Of a DNA stretch of 64,000 nucleotides, positions 54,801-64,000 are shown piece after piece. Made by a program: the position numbers and the translations under genes. How positions within the stretch are numbered: the stretch's first letter is position 1; every line of letters starts with the position of its first letter. The stretch is taken from NCBI RefSeq assembly GCF_902652985.1, contig NC_047024.1, forward strand, positions 13,950,001 to 14,014,000, written 5' to 3'. The notes beneath the pieces are model-generated. The model made no database searches and was not told where the DNA came from. It was given only the letters and a program-made list of their open reading frames with translations. The DNA is from Pecten maximus. Its lineage: Eukaryota.

Positions 54801-57800
54801 GTTTTAAACTGTTGAACACTCTCCTCGGGGCAGTATCTACCTGAGGTTTTAAACTGTTGAACACTCTCCTCAGGGCAGTGTCTACCTGAGATTTTAAACT
54901 GTTGAATACTCTCCTCGGGGCAGTGTCTACCGAAGGTTTTAAACTGTTGAACACTCTCCTCGGGCAGTGTCTACCTGAGGTTTTAAACTGTTGAACACTC
55001 TCCTCGGGCAGTGTCTACCTGAGGTTTTAAACTGTTGAATACTCTCCTCGGGCAGTGTCTACCGAAGGTTTTAAACTGTTGAATACTCTCCTCGGGGCAG
55101 TGTCTACCTGAGGTTTTAAACTGTTGAATACTCTCCTCGGGCAGTGTCTACCTGAGGTTTTAAACTGTTGAATACTCTCCTCGGGACAGTGTCTACCTGA
55201 GGTTTTAAACTGTTGAATACTCTCCTCGGGGCAGTGTCTACCTGAGGTTTTAAACTGTTGAATACTCTCCTCGGGCAGTGTCTACCTGAGGTTTTAAACT
55301 GTTGAATACTCTCCTCGGGGCAGTGTCTACCTGAGGTTTTAAACTGTTGAATACTCTCCTCGGGCAGTGTCTACCTGAGGTTTTAAACTGTTGAATACTC
55401 TCCTCGGGACAGTGTCTACCTGAGGTTTTAAACTGTTGAACACTCTCCTCGGGGCAGTGTCTACCTGAGGTTTTAAACTGTTGAATACTCTCCTCGGGCA
55501 GTGTCTACCTGAGGTTTTAAACTGTTGAATACTCTCCTCAGGGCAGTGTCTACCTGAGATTTTAAACTGTTGAGCACTCTCCTCGGGGCAGTGTCTACCT
55601 GAGGTTTTAAACTGTTGAATACTCTCCTCAGGGCAGTGTCTACCGAAGGTTTTAAACTGCTGAATACTCTCCTCAGGGCAGTGTCTACCGAAGGTTTTAA
55701 ACTGTTGAATACTCTCCTCAGGGCAGTGTCTACCTGAGGTTTTAAACTGTTGAACACTCTCCTCGGGGCAGTGTCTACCTGGGATTTTAAACTGTTGAAT
55801 ACTCTCCTCGGGCAGTGTCTACCTGAGGTTTTAAACTGTTGAACACTCTCCTCGGGGCAGTGTCTACCTGGGATTTTAAACTGTTGAACACTCTCCTCGG
55901 GGCAGTGTCTACCTGGGATTTTAAACTGTTGAACACTCTCCTCGGGGCAGTGTCTACCTGAGGTTTTAAACTGTTGAACACTCTCCTCGGGGCAGTGTCT
56001 ACCTGAGGTTTTAAACTCTTGAACACTCTCATCAGAACAGTGTCTACCGAAGGTTTTAAACTGTTGAGCACTCTCCTCATGGTAGTTTCTACCTGAGATT
56101 TTAATAAACAAGCTGATATATATGTTCATGATCAACGCGGTAATATCGAGGTATTGGACTCCCTCGATTTGTCTCTTGCAGAATTGTGTATACATAAGGT
56201 CAAAGTGGGATACTTCAAACTGGACCAGTGACATCATTGGTTGCATGGGATCATGGCATCATTGGCAACTGGGATTTATGACACCATTGGTTATAGGGAG
56301 GGACTAATGCCACCATTACTAAGACTATTTGGATTTTAATATTTGGTTTAAGATGAAGGAAAGATAAACAACATAACAAGTCATGCCAACATGTTAATGT
56401 CAAGATGTTATTTGAAGTAATTGTTTGTTACAGGTGAGCCATATGAGACTTTCTGTGAGGAAAACACGGGTAATTATACAGACTAGCTTGATACCTATAA
56501 CATAAACTTACAACTCCCCTTAAATGGGTCACTTAAGCTGATTTTGTTAACCTCAAGTCCATAAAATGTGCAGTAGAATGATATCTTTCGAAACTGTAAA
56601 TCAGGTATCAAATTGAATGATGACGTCACAATTAGTCATTAGCCTATCAAATGTCCTAGTCAGGACAAACAAACTTCAAAAATATTTATATTAACAGTTA
56701 AGTTAGCATTATATAGCATTATATCAATACGTGAAGAAGATATTCTCACTTTATGCATGTTGACGTCATACACTGGTGTGCACTTCTCGATGTAGCATTT
56801 GATATTTTGTCAAATGTGCAAGAATTACAGCTAATTTTGATTGAAAATAGTTACCGGGTTATACATGTATAGCAATCGTAATGCTCACGAAAATGTGTCG
56901 GGTAGCTGATCGTACGTCTATTATCCATTGTTAATTACATTACTTTACATGAACAGCACCATCTTGGAGCTCATGGTCAATATGGCTACAGTCAGGAAGT
57001 ACGGACTTCCGGATCCGGTATTGCAAGGTCGGGAGCAGTGTTGCTGAATCACACGCTAACTGTGGGAATGACAGAATCGAAGTTCGACCTTGTAAAAAAC
57101 GAGACGCAATGCCATGTAGCTCGGAGTTTGGCGAAGAAAGTCAACAATTCAACTACGAATGTGCAGGAACTGACATGCAAGATGTGCAGGCAATAGGTCA
57201 GTACGCAATGTCGAGAGACAGGTCAGCTTAGTTGAGAGAATGTCCCAATGTTAATTATATACTTGTGCGTACGTTCATATTAAAGTACTAGATTTCTAAC
57301 TTTTGTAATTTTGTTCTCGAATATAGTGACACTGTAACTATCAATACACTTGCGAAGATTATGTCAGTAAACTATTCTGTAGACAATATATATTGGTAAC
57401 AGGATACAGTGCCTTAACCATTACAAGTAATTTTACATATTCAGCTATAATTTGCTGCTGTATATTGAATTCTTTAGAACAGGGTCGTATTTTGTTTAGC
57501 GATTAGGGTACGGAATATGTATTGAAATCATTCCTATCCTAGTTTCAATTTGTTCTGAAAATTAATATCTTGAAGCACCCAATACTACCAAGCCGAGTTG
57601 GCTTAGAACAATATATCATTGATCCCCGCCGTTTTGATATTCGTGAAGCTCATTACAGCATGTGTCTGGAGGTGAGCTATATTCAGTAAAACCAGCCTCC
57701 CGTATAGCCATATGCTGCAAGTGATGCAATTTGCTGGATAGCAAAGCATATAATTGTGAAGAACGCACAATAGAAAAAGCGCCACCATTATTAGATATCT

Positions 57801-60800
57801 GTAGGTACTGTGCTGTGACAATCCTCAGCAATATAACGTCCAGTGGTGAAATCCTTCATACACATTAATTGTTATAACCATATGCAATAGTATAAATATT
57901 CCACTTAGGAGATGAGCTGTTTTCAAAAGTAAAGCTTAATTGGCTTGGAGAGGATCAGACACGCTCTGTAATAAAACGGTAGATCTTACGATAAAGCCGT
58001 CAATAAACTAGTCATATGGTAATGAGCTCACTATCTCAATTTTGCCTTCCAATGTCCAAAGGTCATTTCCTTTTGGTCGTTTTTGGTCTGAACAGGTTTT
58101 TCTATTTAACTTCCAGACACAATGATAACGCATTTTAAAACACCGTATGATGTTGATTTAAGACATATATAGTATTCAGAGATAATAAGGATACAAACAT
58201 TGTCGGGTTTAATCTATACATAACATTTAAACGGAATTCAAGTAGGGATTGAACGGTGTTTTTTGCGTTAACGATGGTATGAACGCAATGGGATACAGAC
58301 ATACACTGTATTCTATAAAGCGCGTTAGTTTACTAAGCTGAAGAAGGAAGAGAAGTAAATATATTATATACAAGATTTCGAAATACGCGGTTTGAAAGCT
58401 GAATGTTCTACTGACTCCCTATTTATAATATTAGTTCTCAGAAGAGATTCATTTCCGATTTCATTTCCTGATTGGAAACATATATCAATATAAGTAATTT
58501 AATTTGTTATATTCCAATATTTAGATAACATTCTAACACCTTAATGCTATCCTGTGCTCTCTCGGATTTTCAGTCCTCCCTGTACATTTCTTGCTTGCAA
58601 ACTGCAAATGTGTTGAATGTAATGTTATGTATTTTTAATTCTCTATGAAGCCCTAGAATATCAATAGAGTGAAAAAAACATACTTAACGTATTCTTTTCC
58701 AATTCTTTCGAAAGTAATAATTACATCATGTTATAAATTATTTCTTCTGAAAACAAAACTGAATACTGATTTATGAATACACCCGTATTTCTTACTTCAG
58801 ATCGAGACAACATTAACAAACAAAAATTATGGAAATTCATGAAAGTTGATCTTTTAACGTTAAAATGTGAACGCAAAATTTAAAAAGGTGAACACAAAAT
58901 TAGACAAAATGTAAAGGATAAAAATAGGATAAATGGTGTCAAGCATTGCAGATTTTAAAACAAAGAAAGAGGTTTAAAGATAGAATTTACAAAACAAAGA
59001 AAGGGGTTTTAAGATAGAATTTACAAAACAAAGAAAGGGGTTTTAAGATAGAATTTACAAAACAAACGAGGGTTAAATCAAAGGACGTGAAAGGTTTATT
59101 GCTCAAAAAAATGCGAGGGGTTAAAATGAGTTTGACAAGAAAAATTAGGGGTACAAAAATATGGACTTGACAACATAAAGTAAGGGTTAAAACAGTGATA
59201 GTTGACATCAAAGACAAGAAAGCAAGAATGTCTGGTTGTCATCAAAAGCAAGGGCGTAAAATAAATCACAAAAAAGTGAAATAAAAAAGCCTCATGCTAC
59301 TACTAATGGTTATATGGTTTCGCCTCTTTCCAGATCAACTGTTCGACGGAAAACTCGCCGATGGTAAGTGAAAATATATCCTTTTATATTCCATTGACTT
59401 CCGCGACATTCATCAGTCGTTGCCATATTGATCAGTGTAATGAGTCCCCCAGGAAAACCGCGGCAGTAAAGATTTTCCGCTTATGTTCCACACACCGCAT
59501 TTTACAAATCACTTATTTCCTGGAAGTACAGATACCTAAATATTCCGGAAAGAGATTTCTAACGATTAAAACCGATTGGGTTAAACTCCGGATGGTATGA
59601 TTTGTAATGAATTCTTACTGGCGCAAAAATTAGAACAGATTCAAATAATCTCACCGAAATACTATAATGTTGTACTTCAACAATTACATCCACACTTGTG
59701 ATGTTCATTTTATTTCTTGGTTAATCCCCTAATCGGAAAATCTTTACGCTTGTAATGTTCTGAATATCTAGTAGGCGACAACAGAACACTGGAAATCGTT
59801 CTGATAGCAGTGTGGTGACTAAAGAGACCTGAAACTATCGATGTTTTGAGAAGGTGATATTTTCTTGCGTGTCTTTTGTAAAAATCTGTTTAGATTACCA
59901 CGTGGGAAGCTCTGTGCATTTTAGTACTTGATTTGTGCCTTTTCCGCTGTACTTCCCATCAGCATTCATATACAAATAAAAATGTATGTTTGAATAGCAG
60001 CATCAGCTAAGAATATACACATGTAATTCATATTCTGTAAATATATCTAATGATATTACGAGGTAAGTGAACACCTTTTTATCACTGTTCTGTTTTGTGG
60101 GTTTTTTTTTTCGAACTGCCCTCAAATCTGGATTTTTCACACTTTTGATCAAAACCATCATTGTCGAGTCCCACAAAGACGAAACAGTTATACAATGCTA
60201 AACATTATGCTTGGCGTTTAGAATATGTCATACTCAACTCCTATTTAAAGGGGATATTCACGTGCGTGTTCGTACAATCTGCAGTTTAGTATTGGTTTCA
60301 ATCACATACAGGTGGTTGGGTGGCACAGTAGTTACACACTTGCCTTTCACCCAGGCGGCCGGTAGCGAGATCCCGATCGGACCTGAAAAGGTATGGGTCA
60401 TCGCCCGACCACTTGGGTTTTCCCTGGGTTCTCCGGTTTCCTTTCATAGTTAGACATCTCGCGGTTTGATTCGGGTCAACACGAACGATGTAATAATTAG
60501 AAGTTGGTATAACGCAATTGTTGTGATGTAATAATTAGAAGTTGGTATAACGCAATTGTTGTAAAATAAGTAGAGTAAACAAGCACACAAAGGACAATAA
60601 CAGTAACGGGGTTTTATATGTGTGAACCACTTAACGACATTACATACACTACATAAACATAATTTTGCTATGCACTGGTCCAATGAACTAGACTAGACGA
60701 TTCATTTACACAATACTGATTTAACTCGAATTGCAAAACAGACACAAATGTTAGTAGAACCTTTGTATTATTAATAAGCATATGCAGTGTACGCCAAATG

Positions 60801-63050
60801 ATAAAAAAGTGATGTTATTTCATCCTTTCATGTATTTCGATACAGAATATATATTCAATATCAAGTATATTAGTCGTTACAATGTCGTTCAGGTGAGAAA
60901 GAATACCTTTCCTACAAATTCTAGGAATGCTGTTTAATGTCTTCATTTATAATTGATTATGGAGCATGTTCTAAAATTACACAGTAGGTACATGCTGTCA
61001 TTTGATGGAGATCTAGAGGGTAGTCTTCTAAAACCATATCAAGACGGCTGCAGTAAATGTCGGTACACTACTGTAATTGTGTCATATTCCAAACTGAAGG
61101 TTGATCCTACTTGGATTTCAGGCATACCGGCATTAAAACTGCGTATGTATTTTGTAATTCTTTTGAAAATATCATAAAGGTTTCTGAATGACTGTGTTAC
61201 AGAGGCGGAGTGTAAGTTCTCACTGTACGATGCCGGCTTGCAGAAGTTTGTCCATTCGAACTGGACATGGAGGACACTAAAGGAAAAAGGCGATCAGGTT
61301 ATCTGGTGCAACCACAGAGCAATCTTTGTCCCGTTCTCCTCAACACCCAAACAATGCCATGACAAACTAGAAAACTTCTGCAAAAAAGAAACCGAATGTC
61401 GACCAAGGAAGAAGGTCATGAAAAACAAAGGCGACCGAAAACACAAATGCTGGAAGAAGTTTCTGTTGGACGAGGTATCTCCCAAAGGTTTTCCAAATAT
61501 CTCTGAGAAATATCATGTGTGCCAACGTTTTGCTCCAGGAACAGAGTTTGCAGACATTTTTGGACCCAAGTCTACCCAATTTGCGACAATTTACGACACG
61601 GTTATGCGAAGTCCTCTTATGTCATTCGCACGCTTCAAGGATCTGGGAGACTCGCTCAGACCTACGCTTCCCTTCATGCTTGAAAAAGGTTAGTTATACT
61701 CATATATACTATTTGCGTGTTTTTTTTAACTATGAATTCCAATGGGTGGGGACCGCATTAATGTGATACGAAATACTCATCAAATTCTACCTCCCGAAAA
61801 AACTCCAATCGAACGTCACATCTATGTTTGAGTACAGTTCGTAAGAGGCTTTCTTCTTGGTGGTTAGATGTTTATACAAAATTCATACACGATCCTACAT
61901 CCTCTTATCTATCATTGATAAATAGAACTAGAGTGTGAAAGTGGTCGCTTGGAGATGAAAGATTTTTTTGATAATAAGTTTTGTATGAAAGAGAACGACG
62001 GAGTATCCTAGTTGAGAGTGGTAAATGACTGATATAGAAATTGAAAAAAAAAACAAGAATCAATAATAAAGAAAAGAAAAATACCATGATAAAATTCTTC
62101 GTTTTATGAGCGCTTCCTCATAATGTATTATGTGATATAATTTGAAAGATATAGACTGTCATATACACCTAATACACATATTAACAATATCTTGCACACC
62201 TTTTGTTAAAAAGGATGAAAAGAAAAAATAATAAAACTAATTTCATTTAAATTTTATGTGGTATTAAGGACAACAAACATCCTATTCTGAGTACAACAAA
62301 CATTAAAAAAAGACATGCCTTATAAACGTACATTGTAGGACCAATATTGACGCCCCTCTTTCTCTTGTTGCAGGTCTCCTTCCTTTTGACTACACACTCT
62401 TCAGTCTATTCTTTGAAAAAAAGCGAAAGGGCATGATACAGAAAACTGAGACCAAAGAACAGATCTGTCAAACTGGACTGTACCAGGCGCTGGAGAACGA
62501 CTACGAGGAGTCCAAGTACCACATTATTCACCTCCTTTCCCCGGATATTGCCGGTTTCGCAGTCAGTAAAAGGATCGCCACATATACCATGACTAACACG
62601 CTCCCAATTCACATCTCCCTGTACACTGCATGGAACCAGGCCGTACAGAACGTCCGCCATTTTGCAATCGACCACTGCAGCATACCTATTTACTCAGAAA
62701 GTGACCAAAACAAGAAACGGCGGCAGTCTCATGACTATCCGGAAGTGTATGTTATAGCTGGGGCGGTTTCATCGACTAATCCGGAAGTGCGGTTGAACAA
62801 ACGTGTCAACATTCCATATTTGATATGGATGGCTGCCTGCTGTGTTCGTGGAGCAGAAACTTCATCGTTTTCTGTGTACGTACGGAATGAGATCAACAGC
62901 CCCATCATTGTTGCCCCTGTAGTTCAGCTTGAAGTCTTGCTGTCTGACCTGTATAATGATGGTGAACAAAGCTCCGTGAAATTATTCCCGGCCTTCGAGG
63001 GTGTGTGTTCAAACATTCAACATGACGTGTCACAGGTGATCAGTGCTTAG
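51563..63050 (+). CDS. Spliced gene (10 exons found, 5'-partial): extracellular mosaic protein with acidic S/T stalk, follistatin/Kazal, TSP1 and ENDOD1-like endonuclease domain
   Basis: join(51563-51853,52316-52444,53067-53099,53977-54192,56434-56469,56957-57196,59334-59363,61122-61142,61203-61688,62374-63050); all GT-AG, all phase 1, one open frame to TAG at 63048-63050. Confidence 0.65.
52316..52444 (+). CDS. Exon: acidic Thr-rich region GPTDTTPYVTSAPVTEERDDDDVEAS...
   Basis: aacAG / A|gtacgt, 129 nt, phase 1-1, open. Confidence 0.8.
53067..53099 (+). CDS. Micro-exon NVFDDADKIPS
   Basis: tttttaatttcAG / T|gtacgt, 33 nt, phase 1-1. Confidence 0.6.
53977..54192 (+). CDS. Exon: follistatin-like (FOLN + Kazal) domain
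   Basis: CEKKNCRYGGVC...CACPVQC...LCGSDGTLYPSPCHMEQQAC; ttacAG / T|gtaagt, 216 nt. Confidence 0.92.
54455..56105. repeat. Intronic 45-bp (44-bp variant) minisatellite, ~36 copies
   Basis: Unit CTGAGGTTTTAAACTGTTGAA(C/T)ACTCTCCTCGGGGCAGTGTCTAC. Confidence 0.97.
56434..56469 (+). CDS. Micro-exon CEPYETFCEENT (completes the last Kazal Cys)
   Basis: ttgttacAG / G|gtaatt, 36 nt; split codon T|GT = Cys. Confidence 0.7.
56957..57196 (+). CDS. Exon: thrombospondin type 1 (TSP1)-like repeat plus linker
   Basis: PSWSSWSIW...FRIRYC...NCGNDRIEVRPC; gaacAG / G|gtcagt, 240 nt; absent from the ORF track. Confidence 0.85.
   Translation, partial: HHLGAHGQYGYSQEVRTSGSGIARSGAVLLNHTLTVGMTESKFDLVKNETQCHVARSLAKKVNNSTTNVQELTCKMCRQ
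58955..59070. repeat. 34-bp tandem repeat x3
   Basis: AAAACAAAGAAAGGGGTTTTAAGATAGAATTTAC. Confidence 0.85.
59334..59363 (+). CDS. Micro-exon DQLFDGKLAD
   Basis: ctctttccAG / G|gtaagt strong sites, 30 nt, phase 1-1. Confidence 0.65.
60156..60197 (+). ncRNA. Degenerate solo hammerhead-ribozyme-like motif (intronic)
   Basis: CATCA TTGTCGA GTCC CACAA AGAC GAAA C AGTT A TA CAATG; differs from the array consensus mostly by transitions. Confidence 0.5.
60311..60455 (+). mobile_element. tRNA-derived SINE with V-domain-like core
   Basis: A-box-like TGGCACAGTAG, tRNA-like head, then GGGTTTTCCCTGGGTTCTCCGGTTTCC. Confidence 0.6.
61122..61142 (+). CDS. Micro-exon GIPALKL
   Basis: atttcAG / C|gtatgt, 21 nt, phase 1-1, followed by a 60-bp intron. 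Confidence 0.5.
61203..61688 (+). CDS. Exon: basic Cys-containing linker and N-terminal half of ENDOD1-like DNA/RNA non-specific endonuclease domain
   Basis: CWKKF...PKGF...VCQRF...FATIYDTVMRSPLMSF...RP..FMLE matches the ENDOD1 pattern; ttacAG / G|gttagt, 486 nt. Confidence 0.88.
62374..63050 (+). CDS. Terminal exon: C-terminal half of ENDOD1-like endonuclease domain
   Basis: QALENDY..SKY...ATYTMTN..P...W...VYVIAGAVS...RVNIP..IWMAACC...LF; strong acceptor ctcttgttgcAG; in frame with ORF 62433-63050. Confidence 0.9.
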
Positions 63051-64000
63051 AAGGTGACACGAGTGCATTCGAAAAATCACACTTTACGTCAACAATTTAA
63101 ATGAACTCTGAATACTGTCATTAGACTTAACAAAAACAGAATGTGCACTTGCGTGCATGCTGATGCATGTGGGATTTCGGTGAGATGCGCAATGTGACTT
63201 AGGATGTGCAAGGACAAAAATGGTTATAAGATACGAATAACAAAACGACTTTGTCGAGTATCGAATTCATGAGCGACTGAACACAGGTACATATACTCGA
63301 TAAACTGCAATCAAATTGCATTACATTTCAAACTTCGATACAGGTGATAGAGCAGCATAGCTATCACGATCCAGTATAGATGAATCTCTACAAAAACAAC
63401 AAATCTACAAAAGTTTGAAATCCACCTCATTGGACTTTTAAGCATGGTAATAATCAGCTGTATTAGATGTTTTCGTCGAGTTAAAGGATTTTGCTGCGAA
63501 TTCTTCACTGCATGACTCGGTCAGTCTCTGTATATACTGTGTTATATAGGAAATCATATGATGACGAATACATTCGAATTCACACTGTAGAGTATCCAAT
63601 ACCATTATCTACATGTAGTTATCATGGTAGATATATATATCTACACTTTCACCATGATCGGATATTCGACAGTACAACTACTGCCATATATCGGAGATAC
63701 CACACATCACGCAGCCAACAGTATCATGTCCCGCATCTGTTCCAGTTCACTGATTGAACAGTTATCACAGAATAATCATTTGTGTTGACACAATCTTTGT
63801 CGAAAGCAATACTATTACATTTCATGGATGGGGATTAGCGGGAAGTCCTCTGTATGTAATATATATATATACATTAGTGAAGTGTTTGTTCATAAGACAA
63901 ATGAAACGTTTGTATTGTACATATGATATATAAATCTGACTAGATGTTTTGCTGGTATGGGTAGTTAAAAAGAAAATTTGTTTGCAGAGTTTGCTGGAAA

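Noticed and set aside
54328-56246. 208-aa and 257-aa minus-strand ORFs
   Set aside because: Products of the intronic 45-bp repeat, broken by 44-bp variants
60001-60062. Exon ending at a strong GAG|gtaagt donor
   Set aside because: The only open frame is phase 0 to 2, incompatible with the phase-1 chain; could matter only if a second transcript starts here

Overview
AT-rich, intron- and repeat-rich eukaryotic DNA. The repeat families suggest a bivalve mollusc, possibly a scallop, but that is inference from recalled motifs. No prokaryotic operons, rRNA or CRISPR arrays were seen, and most entries in the ORF track are artefacts of tandem repeats. One spliced + strand gene can be assembled by hand from 10 GT-AG exons (51563-63050, about 718 aa, N-terminus not found), all joined in phase 1. 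It encodes, in order: an acidic Ser/Thr-rich stalk with a GSGSG glycosaminoglycan-type site, a follistatin/Kazal domain, a TSP1 repeat, a basic Cys-containing linker, and an ENDOD1-like non-specific endonuclease domain with degenerate catalytic motifs. The rest is minisatellites (15, 24, 29, 33, 35, 38/39, 40, 45, 49 and 150/300 bp units), SINE and MITE-like repeats, and a decayed L1/Tx1 LINE lying between two related minisatellites. The most unusual non-coding signal is the 49-bp array at about 31494-31891. Its minus-strand consensus rebuilds a minimal type I hammerhead ribozyme, and two dispersed solo relatives occur at about 30098 and 60156.
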